From the NCBI GenBank assembly GCA_010909165.1, contig MU008178.1, positions 446,369-510,368 on the forward strand: a DNA stretch of 64,000 nt. The letters are read 5' to 3'. Shown piece by piece: positions 23,244 through 34,844 of the stretch. Made by a program: the position numbers and the translations under genes. The stretch is from Anthoceros angustus (lineage: Eukaryota > Plantae > Anthocerotophyta). Position 1 is the first letter of the stretch. Each line of letters opens with the position of its first letter. The notes beneath the pieces are model-generated. The model ran no database searches, was not told the origin of the DNA, and saw only the letters and a list, made by a program, of their open reading frames with translations.

Positions 23244-24569
23244 ACTAGTGAAGGAAAAGGTGCACCCGTTGAGTCTAACGACACACCGTTACGCCCAACG
23301 GGTGCCCATAAATTAATTAATTTAGGGGGCACCGTTTCATACATGGGCCCGACACTTCATACCGAGGCCAACTTAAAATAATTCAAGTTGGCACAGGGCC
23401 GGCAGTGCCTGCCGCCTCGCGAGCCGCCGCCTGCTTTCCGGCTCGCTCGCCGTGGAGGAAGGCGGCGCAGCGTGCCGCCGGATCCGTCGGCGGTCGGCCG
23501 CGCTGTTGCACCGTCGGATCTCAGGCACGCTGGTGGGATCTGGGCGCCTTGGGATGGCGTTCCTCCTACCGAATGTGCGCCGCCTGATTGTCCCCCTGCC
23601 TTGGCAAATCCTGCATCCAATGTAGAAATGAGTGCCGGGCAATCTGCCTCTTTCTCGCAGCAGAATCCACCAGAATGGCTGCAATTTTGTGGCAGATGGA
23701 GAGCAGAGGTAGGGCGCCGCTGGGTGTGGTCATTGGTTGACAAATTTCCACAACATCGAAGCAGATCTGTGTCGCTAGAATTGGACCAAGGTTGACCAAC
23801 GCTCCTTGCTGAAAATTGAGAATTCGATGATGAATTTGGGGCTGAGTTCATGGATCTGGCTACCAGGTCAGGTGATCCAGAGGATGTAGGTCTCTAATCA
23901 AGCTCTTGCAGCAGAATCGTTAGCACATCGGCTAAGGAAGATCCAAGATGATGTAGACACTTAGGCGCCGATGATAATCCAATACCGCGAGCAGAATTGC
24001 GATTTGATGAGCGTGAACGGGCTACCTGATCGTGCTTCCTCCTTGCCCCAGCATGGTTGCGTCGTTGTTTACGACTCATAGTACTTGTGCTTGAGGATTA
24101 AGAGGCTAAAAGCAAAAGCTAAAGTAGGCAGATTGCTTAGAAGAATGAAAGCAACAATGATGCTATTCTTAAGCAAAATTAACCTATAAGAGGCCCAATG
24201 ACTAGGCCTTATAGAATCACAAGAACTAGAAGGGTGTCTAGAACCCATAACCAATCAATTTAGAAAAATTGGTTTGGTTTGATGAAAATTGGACTAATGA
24301 AAATAATCAATAAAGTAGCTATGATAATTACTTTACTTAGAACGTTCTAAGCTAATTATTTTCACTTAGCAATGGTATGATGGGCAACATGAGTTTCTAC
24401 ATGACTGTAACACTAGCGGATGCTGCCTATGATGCAGGTGATAATCTGCTATCGGAAATGCATATCGAAATGCATTTTCATCAACTAAAATTGGGTATGA
24501 GGTTGCTAGCTTAACTTCCTAAGTTGATTAGAGAAGAAAACTAGCAACAAAAGCCATTAAAATATCACA

Positions 24570-24808
24570 TGGCTCTGATACCAAGTTAAAGATGCATATG
24601 CGGAAGCGTCTTGCATCAAGCAGATGCTTTATTAACAATGAATATGTTTGGTTCATAGGTGGGCTTATAAAGGATGGTTACAAGGGGGTGTGTCCTTTCA
24701 CTAGCCTGCTAGTTAACTAACTACCAACTAGCTGAGTCTAGTTTGACTAATCCACATTGGGTCTAGTCTAGTCGACCTTAACCAATGCGGTCTGCACTAT
24801 TTCTAACT
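24570..24808 (-). mobile_element. 5' LTR (24584-24808) and tRNA-iMet PBS (24570-24583) of Copia C, inserted into the gag of A
   Basis: TGGTATCAGAGCCA on the minus strand; terminal IR AGTTAAAGA / TTTCTAACT; gag reading stops at this junction. No partner LTR in the window. Confidence 0.8.
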
Positions 24809-25210
24809 TTCGCTATCCTTCATCCTTAGCCGCTAAAACAATCTTGTTGCATTTACTTGTGACATAGAGTCTTGAGCCTGGAACATGTCGTTGAATGTTT
24901 TCCAGATCCCGTGAGCATCGTTCATGCCTTGTGTGTGCTGAAGCATACTTTTGTCGAGTGGAGAGACGAGGACATTGCGTGTGCGCTTGTCCCTCTTGTT
25001 CCAAGCTGCGATTGTGTCGGGTGTTCTAGCGGGATTGGAAGTGGGCCTTGGTTCTGGGAGTGTACCATCAACAATATCCATCTGATCATGCTCTTCTAGC
25101 AGAGCGGTGACCCTCATCTTCCACACAACAAAATCGGTTCCGTTAAACCGGTCTTGGTCATGGAACTCGATTTTGGTGGTGTTGACTACTGTGGGAGCTA
25201 GTGTACCCAT
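24809..25210 (-). pseudogene. Copia gag N-terminus (element A), interrupted by C
   Basis: DRFNGTDFVVWKMRVTALLEEHDQMDIVDG...W...D...AHGIWKTF, typical of Copia gag. Confidence 0.9.
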
Positions 25211-25896
25211 GATTGTTTGTGTCTTAGTTTTTCTCTAGTAGTTCTTCTTATAAATTGTAATAGCGGAATTTTTTGCAAGTAAACAAAATGCAATAAATAA
25301 TGAGTGTACAAAATTGTCTTAAGTAGCGGGCATTGTGCCCCTTGGGTAATTAACCTAATCCTAACTAAATAATATGCTAGGTTAAACTAACCCCTAATTA
25401 TTAACACTCCCACTTAAACCTAGGCAGGTTATTTCCAAAATTACCCTTGTGGTACATCTCGATAAGTAGTGGCAAGTAGGTAGGTAGACAAACAGGTCAA
25501 GTGGGAGCCATGTGTATGGAAGTCTCATGCCCCACGCCACACAACTTAAAATCAAAGCGCCCTATCTAGAGAACCAGAGCCAAGCGGTAACGAGCTGAAT
25601 GTGCGGAGGTGCCCCAAGCCGTAGCAATCCGGTCCATGGACGGAGGACGGGCGGGAGAGAACACGGCCGAGACTGACGCCACCGCCTTTCCACAGAGGGC
25701 GACACCCAGCCCGCAAGCACGGCACTTCAGAGAGAGGCGGTTCCATGGCTTCCGATTGATGACAATTCGATGACCTGAAACCTCTTCTCGTCGCGCTCCA
25801 TTGCCACGCATCTCGCACCTGCACCTAATTTGGAGCTGAAGGATGATCTCAGTGTTGCTGGTGAGGCCTTTGAGCTGAAAATTCCTTTCTTCTGCA

Positions 25897-26259
25897 ATGC
25901 ATTTGTCCTCAATCTCTCTAACTTGCCTGCTTGTAGAGGCTCAGCCTGTTCCTTTAAAGAGGGGACATGAAATGTACTACCCAGACATCTGGTACATGAG
26001 AGAATCCACTGTGGAGGACAGGACTAGAATGCAGGATTTGATCAGATGGAGGATTGCCAGGTTGGAGCAAGAGGTCCAGGATCTTCAAAACATGGACAAT
26101 GTGTGGGAAGAGTGGGGAGTGGAAGGAACTCCAATCCTAACAGAATCTGAAAGTAACTGCTCCCAGTTTTTCCTAAAACTTAAACAAGTAGCTTTTACTA
26201 ACCCTCAAATTTCTAGGAAGGACCAGTTCTCCCACTTAAGCTTGTCAGTTTGCGACTGA
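25897..26259 (+). CDS. Antisense ORF in the 3' internal region of Copia B, unknown function
   Basis: 120 codons including MQDLIRWRIARLEQEVQDLQNM (coiled-coil-like), between the RNase H stop and the PPT. Confidence 0.3.
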   Translation: MHLSSISLTCLLVEAQPVPLKRGHEMYYPDIWYMRESTVEDRTRMQDLIRWRIARLEQEVQDLQNMDNVWEEWGVEGTPILTESESNCSQFFLKLKQVAFTNPQISRKDQFSHLSLSVCD

Positions 26260-26483
26260 ATTTTAGCAGTATGCTTCATCCACCAATACTGACTTGCTTG
26301 TGCACGGAATTTAAGAAACAAAACTCTGTACTGACCTGGGGCTCCTAAAATGTGATTCAGGTTCAGGTTAAGGAAGCTAACAGGCTAAGCAGTTAGCAGC
26401 AAGCATATCCAGAACACTTAGAACCTAAATTTTTTTTTATTGTAAGTGGCCATCCCCTAGGTCACTAGTAGCAGACTTGTAAG

Positions 26484-29400
26484 CTAAAATGTAAACTCCC
26501 TAAGGCCAAGTGCCTCTAGGTGTTTGTAGTGTTTAAGTTTAGGGAGAGCCTTAGTTAGGATATCAGCAGTATTGTCGTCAGTATTTATATAAGAGACTTT
26601 GACGATGCCTCTTTCAGCTACGTCTCTGATGTAATGATGATAGAGCTCAATGTGTTTAGTCCTAGCGTGAAACCTAGGGTTAGCAACTAAAGCTATAGCA
26701 CCCATGTTATCACATGATAGATTAGTAGGACCTGATTGAGTTTGATTTACTGACTCCAGGAACTGACGTTCCCATTCCGCCTCCTTGCAGGCATCTGTTA
26801 ATGCCTTGTACTCGGCTTCTGTCGAGGAGAGGGCTAAGGAGACATGTTTCTTACAGCTCCAGCTAACAGATCCAGCAGCTAAGAGGAAGCAATAGGCAGA
26901 AAAGCCCCTTCCTTGTGTCTACATTCGATGCCCAATCGGCATCAGCATATGAGGTAAGCACCAAACGTTTTCTCCCACTAGCTGAATAGTGTAGGCCATA
27001 GGTGATAGGCCACGTGTAGGCCACGTGCTCACTGCTGCCCACTGAGCACGTCCTGGTTGCTTAAGAAATTGTGATACCATGCTAACACTATAGCTAATAT
27101 CCGGACGTGTCCAGTTAACCAGGAATATCAAGCATCCGACAGCCTTAGCATAAGGAACAGCAGACATGTCCTTCAAGTCAGCTGCACTTTGAGGGGCATG
27201 CTCAATGCTCAACTTCTCCCCCACTGCAGAGGGTGTCGTAGCAGGTCTGGATTCGTCCATATGAAACCGCTTAAGGATTTCCTTTATATATTTGGTTTGG
27301 TGTAGAATGATCTGACCAGAATCTCGATGTCATAGGATCTGAATTCCCAGACAAAATTGAAGATCACCCTGGTCGGTCATTTCGAATTCAGCACGAAGCA
27401 TGGTCTTCACTTTCTCCAGTTGTGAAGTGTTGTTGCTTAGGAGAACACAATCGTCAACATAAAGGGCCAAAATTACAAACAGACCTCCTTGGGCAAGGTA
27501 AAATACATTACTATCGGCAGGTGATTGTAGAAAAATTCAGCTGCTTTAGATACTTCATGATACGCTTGTCAGTCAGGCTTTGCTTTAAGTCAGATATAGT
27601 CTCTTCAATACTTTTCAGAGTCGCCATGCCATGTGATACTAATCTACGCACTTGGGTTTAGTGTTTGATTAATATTAATTAATCTAATTACTTATCTTTA
27701 AGTAAGTAATTAGTTAATTAATCTAAGATGCTTATGTTAATTAAGTACTGATTAGTGTTAATTAATCTAAGGTGCTATGTTAATTAAGCATTGATTAGTG
27801 TTAATTAAACATGGTTAGCAATAGCTAAGTGGATAAGCTCAAGTAATATGCTCCATATTCCTTGCATATTATGTGTATTCTTAGGACACAATAGCTAAGG
27901 GGATAGCTCAAGTAATATGCTTTGGCATATTCCTTGCATATTATAGTGTATTCTTAGGATATTTCGCATGCCGATGCCAATAGGATATCTTAGAATACGC
28001 TGGATGCCAAGGTCAAGATATATGTAGACCCTTCCATTGAGACAAGCTCTCAAGATATATAGACCCTTGTCCTCTAGATAGCAATGCAAGAGCGCCAGAG
28101 GAGGCCAAAGCTATGACTCAGAGGCGATGTGTGAGGAATTTGCGGTTGTTCCCTCGTGGGAGAGTGTTTGTGCCACGACGCGAGCTACTCCCTCCTGTTG
28201 TTATTGGTTGCACCTATATATCTGCGTATTTGATTTGTTTGCTTGGTTGTTGGTCGAGGAAGTGCTTACATGAATTCAAGTGCTTACCTCGTGCGACATA
28301 GCCCATTTCTGTTTCTGCCTCCGACAATTGCATGTATAACGTCTCCTCTAGCTCCCCGTGCAGGAAAGCCGTGTATACGTCCATCTGTTGGACTTCGAGA
28401 TCACATTCAGCAGCCATGGCCTCCTAGGAGCATCCTAAATGACGGAGGCTTGACCACCTGAGAGAAGGTGTCCCCGTAATCTATGCCAGGTATCTGACTA
28501 AACCCCCTGGCTACCAATCATGATTTGTATCTAGCTACTGTTCCATCAGCCTTTAGCTTAGTCTTAAAGACCCACTTACAGTTAATCGGTTTTCTGCCAG
28601 GTGGAAGGTTAGTTAACTCCCAAGTTTTGTTCTTCATCAAGGAGTTGTATTCGTCATCAATGGAGACTCGCCAATGCTGCCCATCAGGTCCATTGATAGC
28701 CTCATTATAGGACTGAGGATCTGGCCTCACATCTGGTACATGTAGGATGGAAACATGAGCTTGGCGTCAAAAATCCAATGATTGATAAGGTGGCTCTGCC
28801 CACTGAGCACAAGAACGTCGCTCACGTGTGGGATATCGTCGTATAGGTGCTTCAGCAAGCGATGAAGGTGGCCTGTCACCATCTGTAGAGCCATCCAGAT
28901 CAAAATCAGTTGGAAAATCCTCTAAGTCTTCATGATCAGAATCAGCTGGAGGCTCCATGACATCGCCCAGCAGGGGACGCCATCAAGATCGAACTTGCAA
29001 ATTTCTCCCACTTGCTGAAAATCTATAACATCATCTAAGGGATCACCAGACTCACCATCAGACAAAGGATAGTCTATGGGATCTGGAAGATCTGCAGGAG
29101 GGTGGCCAAGGTGCTGATCAAGGGGCTGTGCAGGTGGATCAAGTGTAGCATCAGCCTCTGATGACCAGGTGTGTGATTCTTGTTCTGAATTTTCAGTTTC
29201 AACGGGATCACTAGGAGCAGAAAAATTCAGTTCTGTGTCAACAGCATTGTCTGGTGAATTCAGATCACTAAAGGTGACACTACGTGCAAGTGTGAGTTTC
29301 CTAGTGTGGGGATCAAACAGCTTGTAAGCTTTTGACACCTTAGAGTAGCCAATGAACAGATAGGGACTAGCCCGGTTATCTAACTTACGTCGCTTGGCTA

Positions 29401-31591
29401 CAGGAACAAACACAAATGCTGGTGAGCCAAAGACACGGAGATGAAGGGGACTTGGCTTCTTGCCCTAGAAGGCTTCAAAGGGTGTTGTGTTAGGCAAGCA
29501 GGCTGTAGGGACTCTATTCAAGATATAAGTAGCTGTCACTGTGGCCTCTGCCCAGTAGCCCTTTGACAAGCCTGACCAGGACAGCATGCTTTGTGTCATC
29601 CCCATCAAGGTTTGGTTCTTTCTTTCAGCAACTCCATTTTGTTGAGGAGTATACGAATCACCGCCGAAATTCCATTCTGCCAACTGCTTGTCTCTCGACT
29701 AGGGAATCTAAGCAAAGAATCTCATCAAACGCCTCACTCTTCAAACTCAAGGGAAACGTCCAAGTGTAGCGAGAGTAGTCGTCTGTAAGAGTAAGATAGT
29801 ACAAGCACCACCCAAGGATGACACTTGCAGCTTGCCAGCGATGTCCGCGTGTATTAGCTCAAGCACCTCAATGGCCCTAGTAGCATCCTTATTCTTAAAA
29901 GGTAACTCCTTCTGTGTGGACAAAATGCAGGATTTGCATGCAGGAAGGTCCTTAAAATGTGCTGGAAGCTTCTCCTTCTAGCAGTCCATGGAGGACATAA
30001 GGCTCAGCTTCTGCTTGTTGATGTGTCCAAGTCATGCATGCCAAAGTCCAGCAACTGATTTAACCTGGGGTGCTGTAGTGAACAGTGCTGCATGCTGAGA
30101 CTTGGACAACACTTAAAGTTCATTAACTAGAATTCCTCTTGCTATGCACAGATCAGGGCTGGACAGTTTATACAAGCAACAACTATTGAGTTCAAATCTA
30201 AACCCAACCATTGTTAACTGAGTAAGTGCTCTCACGGACAGCAAATTCTTTGACATGCCCGGGACGTAAAGAACTTCCAGCAACTGCAAACTCGTGCCAT
30301 CAGCTAGAGGTATGCTCACTGAACCACTTCCTTTCACATCAACTCCACGGGAGTCCCCCACATACACTAACTGTCTCTCCCTCTGTGAATGGAAGCTAGA
30401 GAACAGGTGCCGATTATTACAAACATGGGCAGTAGCCCCTGAGTCAATAAACCAAAGTCGTGAAACTTCGAACGGTGGAGATGTGCAGCCGTGACAGAGG
30501 AGCTCAGGCCGAAGTCGATCCTTGAGGCGACATGAGCTTCAGACTTGGCCTCCTTCTTGGGTTCGCGGGCTTTCTTCTTGCATCAATCGCGCTCCCAGTG
30601 GCCTGGAAACAAGCACCAGTTGCAGGTACCTTCTCTCTTGGCAGCAGCAGGAGCAAACGGGTTAGTCTTGTTCTTCCCTTTTTCTCTCCCCTTTCCAAAA
30701 GATTTTCCCTTAGACGCAACTAGAACCTTGTCGGTGCGCACCCTTGTGGCGCCATCACGAGGTTCCTCTTGATGCAGAGCTCCAATGAGCTCGTTGAGAG
30801 TGAGGGTGGGCTTGGCCCCAGACTTAACCACTTGCTCGGATGCCCGCAATGAAAAATTCTGAGTTGAGATGAAATTTTGATAGGAGGGTGGCAGGCTTTG
30901 CAGGAGTTGAGCAACAACCTCCATCTCGCTTTCAACCTCTTTCTTGCCAAAATTTGGGATTTAAAGCCGAACTTGAGGATGTGATGTCCAACACGTTCCT
31001 CTTCCTTCATGAGCAGCGAGTGATATTTCTTCCTTACAACAATCAAGGTGTGAACATTCTGAACTTGATAAGTTTCAAGTCAAATTTCCAGTTGTCCATG
31101 TGGTAGAATTCCACCTCTTTTTGTATCATTCATCCAATCCATTCAGCAAGAAGGCAAAGGCAATCTTATTGCCTTTATGCCACTTGGCAATCTCATCAGG
31201 TGAAGCACTTGAAGCAGGTTTAGAGTTACTGCCGTCCACAAACTCCCACACATCACGTGCATCCAGGAAAGCCTTCAGCATCCAGGAAAGCCTTCATCCT
31301 AGCCTTCCAGCTCTCGTACTTGATAGCTTTGCCGTCAAAACGGTCTTTCTCTTTGAATTCCCCTCCAAAAGTGGAACCCCCAGCCATTTTAGCTTTGATG
31401 TCTGGTATTGGGTTGAAGGAGGAGAAGTGCTTGTCAAGGGACCCTAGGAAGTCAGCCTGGACGTAGCTGTCTTCATCAACTTCACTACCAAGTAAGGTTT
31501 GGCACTCGTCTCTCTCTTGTTGGATTCTACGCTGCTCCCTCTCTTCCCTTAGCTCCCTTTGAATTCGTTCCCAAAAATCCTCTCTAGACAT
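26484..31591 (-). pseudogene. Copia gag-pol polyprotein (element B), frameshifted
   Basis: gag DRFDGKAIKYESWKARM; Zn knuckle CNWCLFPGHWERDC; protease WFIDSGATAH; integrase YTPQQNGVAERKNQTL; RT QMDVYTAFLHGEL and YVDD; RNase H HARTKHIEL...ADILTKAL. Confidence 0.95.
27627..28298. mobile_element. Solo LTR inserted in the RT of Copia B
   Basis: AT-rich ~670-bp block with internal repeats and TG...CA ends; the RT frame resumes on both sides; TSD only imperfect. Confidence 0.75.
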
Positions 31592-31876
31592 GAAGGTGGG
31601 AGGCTAAAGGGCTGTAGAGAAGGTGTTGTGTGTAGAGGTGCTAGACAGCCAAAGGTGACTTTTCAGTTCATGTGGAGGTGTGAAAAGGCACCTACCTAAC
31701 TAAATGTCGTTTCACTTTTTAGGATTTTTAGGGTTCAGCAAATGCTTTCTACAGAAAAGAAAACTTAGGGCACTAAAGCCCAACCGTCATGAGGCAGGTG
31801 GCGTCACTTCACAAACTACTGGCAGTTATTAAGCAACACAGTGTGAGCCACCTCCATCCTTGCAATGTGAGTAAAT

Positions 31877-32322
31877 TTAGTACTCCACTTGGGCCTGCTG
31901 TGGAGTGAGGCTAGGGAGGTACAAAACAACAATTGGATCACGAGAGGACATGCTAGGCACACCAGATTTTTGGGCCTCAATCAAACCATTTACAAGGTTA
32001 GACAAAAGCGCAATCTTGTGTTGCATTCCTGCTAGAGCTCCCTCAAAATTGGTTGTGATTCTTTCTGAAAAAGGTTCCAGCAGGAGGCAAAGTGATCTCT
32101 CGAAGATTGAGCGGATCTCACGATCAGCACGCAACCTCTCAAATGCCAGGAGCGCCTCTGATCCTGAATTTTCAAATTGTTGGCTTCTCTCTGATTTTTC
32201 AGAGGGGAATTCCTCCTGTTAGGTCTAGGAGCCGGCTGCAACCTGTGATTTTTGAAAGATGCCAGGTTCCGGTCTATTTCCTCCTGTCTTGCAATCTGAC
32301 TAGCAATGCTGCCAACAAACAC
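31877..32322 (-). pseudogene. Accessory ORF upstream of gag in Copia B (one frameshift)
   Basis: Overlapping ORFs 32032-32322 and 31877-32134 (IARQEEIDRNLASF...ERITTNFEGALAGMQHKIALLSNLVNGL). Confidence 0.4.
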
Positions 32323-32373
32323 TCGTTGAACTAGGTTAAACTAACCGCTAATTATTAATAGTTCTTAAGAGGA

Positions 32374-32793
32374 TCAAAGGCTAACATACACATCTTCTAA
32401 GGCGCGTGTAGAATGCTGGGATGCTACCTCAAATCTATTGCTAAGAGAGATTCTCTCTAATGCTAGGTGGAGTGACTCGATTTGGTATTCAATTGCTGAA
32501 AGATGTGACTTCGTGTCTTCATGTGTGACGATTGTCCTGGCGGGGAGTGTGCTTGAGTGATTGCGCGATGGTCCTGCAAATGGTTGGTTAGAAAAGCGTC
32601 GACATGTTGATGGGCGAGATGGCAGCGATGATGGGCCTGAGTAGCTTGCGCGGCATGCTGGAGTGGGTGCACGTCGAGGTTTGAATCCAATGCCGCGCAT
32701 CATTTCTGCGATGCAATCACTACAGATGACTTGCCTTGGGGGCGGGGCCCGGCCCACTGGTGAGTAACACGCTGGGGTGCGCTTCCTAGCCAT
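32374..32793 (-). CDS. ORF0 of Copia A, 139 aa, between PBS and gag
   Basis: Intact ATG-to-TGA ORF with CSDC and a C-terminal amphipathic helix; removing B places its stop about 40 nt before the gag ATG. Confidence 0.5.
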   Translation of the reverse strand: MARKRTPACYSPVGRAPPPRQVICSDCIAEMMRGIGFKPRRAPTPACRASYSGPSSLPSRPSTCRRFSNQPFAGPSRNHSSTLPARTIVTHEDTKSHLSAIEYQIESLHLALERISLSNRFEVASQHSTRALEDVYVSL

Positions 32794-32913
32794 GTTGCCA
32801 ATTTCAAGATCGTTGGCGCTGATTGCCTTTTATTCTATGCAGTGCCATAGCGACTGATCCTGGAAGACCAGGTGTGAGGCGCGCTTGATGCACCGAACGG
32901 CAGAGAGTGCTTA

Positions 32914-33173
32914 GGCTTTGATACCACAAAGCGGTCACGGATTACTGGCAACGCATAGAATGGAGGTGTTTACTGATACATGAGAGCTTGTTCTTATACT
33001 GCACAGAGTTGATTCTTCAACCGTTCACATGGTTATGATGCATAACTACATGCCCATCTCGCAACTAATCACTTATGGGTGTATGCACGAAATGTGCCCT
33101 AAAGTATGTATGCTGGCATGGCCTAGAACCCCAGCGCTAAACCCTAATCCGTGGCGTACACTGTTCTCCAACA
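32914..33173 (-). repeat. PBS (32914-32926) and 5' LTR (32927-33173) of Copia A
   Basis: TGGTATCAAAGCC, one mismatch to the tRNA-iMet 3' end; LTR matches 10496-10747. Confidence 0.92.
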
Positions 33174-33666
33174 AGCTGAATACACATGCTATTCAGAAAT
33201 GAACACAGAGATGTGGGGAGGATTGTAGGCCAAAAGAGACAGATGCCCTAACCATTCACTCTCTTTCACACACAGAGTCATCAAAATGTAACGCCAATGT
33301 CAAGAGCATGCATCCTCGCAGATCGAGTTGTTGGATAAGGGAAGGTAGACAGGGAATAGCAACACCAACACATTGGCCAGAGGTGACTGAGGGTATCCAC
33401 ATACAAAACGTAGAACAAGTTTGGTCACACCCAAAGGCAGAAAGCCTTGAAGTGGAAGGGGAGCCTTATTCGTGCTCTCCGTTGAACATACCATTGCTGC
33501 CCCCAGCCTTTTAGTCCAACATCGGCAAAAAGATTTTGATTCCAACCCAACGAGCCAATCCCGCCACATTACAGAGAACACATCCGATCTCGGAAACCAC
33601 CTGAAAAGATCAGCCCACGTCTCCTTATTACAGGCCTTCTATTTAGGCCAAGTGGGAGTTGTGGAC

Positions 33667-33808
33667 AAGTCTATTATAGTCCACTTGGTCATAGGACTTG
33701 GTACAACTTATGGAATATCGATCTCGTGACGCGCCGTCGTGTGTGTGACATTGTTTTTTTGGCTGTATTGAACTCCAATATGCCATCCAAGTGGACTATA
33801 ATAGACTT
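33667..33808. other. 142-bp foldback (MITE-like or pre-miRNA-like)
   Basis: Perfect 22-bp IR AAGTCTATTATAGTCCACTTGG / CCAAGTGGACTATAATAGACTT with imperfect pairing inward. Confidence 0.7.
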
Positions 33809-34520
33809 CTTCTTCTTTCCCTCTATAAGTTGGATGTGGAAAAATGTACCCATAGATCATTCATCGCTTGTCAAACTCAGTGAATGTGCTTCCATTTGCA
33901 AGCTAGCTTGAATGAGGTTTTGGGAGGCCGGTCATGGCCGGAGGTGGGGCCTCAGTCCCACTGCTGCACTGTTGTTGGTGTTGTTGTTCTTCGCCATCGC
34001 GGTTCATGCTAGGCATACCCTTGGAGACGGTGGAGGCTGGAGGCAATAGGTAGGTAGGTAGGCCTAGCCTGTAGATGTTGTCAAATTGCCGTTGGAAGTT
34101 CGATGATGAGGAAGTTGGGAAATTTGCTCAAAATTCGTACGCGCCAGTTGATAGCGCATTTGACTGTAATGGAAAGAGTGCCTGTGTGGCTTCCAATTCT
34201 CACCACAAGGGTTTGAGATGACTTGTAGATGCGTCGTCTGAGCAGGATCTCGAACACAGGGATTGGCACACCACTTGTGAGTGTTAATTTGCGCGAATAT
34301 GGAACAAATCCAACCAAGCTGGGAGTCCCACCTGCCCAATGAATCAGACATCCTCGCTCAGGCCTGTCACACATGTTGCGATTCGTACATTAATCCTCAT
34401 GGCTTGAAAATGAATTGATGCCAAATGCTGGCCCCTGCGTCCTTGCGCATTCGGCCCATCATGAGATCAATGCAAGTGTGATGTTTGAAGGATTTCAAAC
34501 CATGCATTTCGGGAAGGCAG

Positions 34521-34844
34521 TGTTACAAATATATATGATTGGTGCAACACATCCCATATTAGAGTTATGAGAATAAGTCCTAGAAGTATATTAGAGTTAT
34601 GAGAATAAGTCCTAGAAGTATACTAGAGTTATGAGAATAAGTCCTAGAAGTATCTTAGAGTTATGAGAATAAGTCCTAGAAGTATATTAGAGTTATGAGA
34701 ATAAGTCCTAGAAGTATATAGGAAAATATGAGAATCGATATAGAGTTCATACCTATCGAGAGTATGACAAGGTCAAGGGCTATATATGTATGCATAACAC
34801 ACCATTTTTAATATACTGAACTTGGGACTTACTGTTTTCTAACA
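34521..34844. mobile_element. Solo LTR, 324 bp
   Basis: TGTTA...TAACA ends; perfect TSD GGCAG at 34516-34520 and 34845-34849. Confidence 0.93.
34557..34716. repeat. 5 x 32-bp tandem repeat inside the solo LTR
   Basis: Unit TATTAGAGTTATGAGAATAAGTCCTAGAAGTA, no spacers. Confidence 0.97.

Larger units (their letters stand above)
25246..32360 (-). mobile_element. Ty1/Copia element B nested in the leader of A; 3' LTR ~25246-25406, 5' LTR reduced to 30 bp (32331-32360)
   Basis: TSD GTTCT at 25241-25245 and 32361-32365; 32331-32360 matches 25377-25406 at 28/30; PPT AAGTGGGAG|TGTT at 25407-25415; complete gag-PR-IN-RT-RH order. Confidence 0.85.
10496..33173 (-). mobile_element. Ty1/Copia LTR retrotransposon A, outer element of a nested cluster; its own pol is not found
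   Basis: LTR pair 10496-10747 and 32927-33173; TSD AGCTG at 10491-10495 and 33174-33178; PBS at 32914-32926; PPT at 10748-10756; gag N-terminus at 25210. Confidence 0.9.

Noticed and set aside
24241-24254. GAACCCATAACC resembling a half-tRNA-Met PBS
   Set aside because: Short imperfect match with no identifiable adjacent LTR.
24570-24583. tRNA-iMet sequence
   Set aside because: Only the 14-nt 3' end next to an LTR; this is a PBS, not a tRNA gene (same at 32914-32926).
24584-24808. Apparent AG...CT LTR termini in element C
   Set aside because: Only one LTR and no TSD; single-base errors are common here, so the termini cannot be fixed.
34557-34716. 32-bp repeats resembling a CRISPR array
   Set aside because: No spacers, no cas genes, and they lie inside a solo LTR in eukaryotic DNA.
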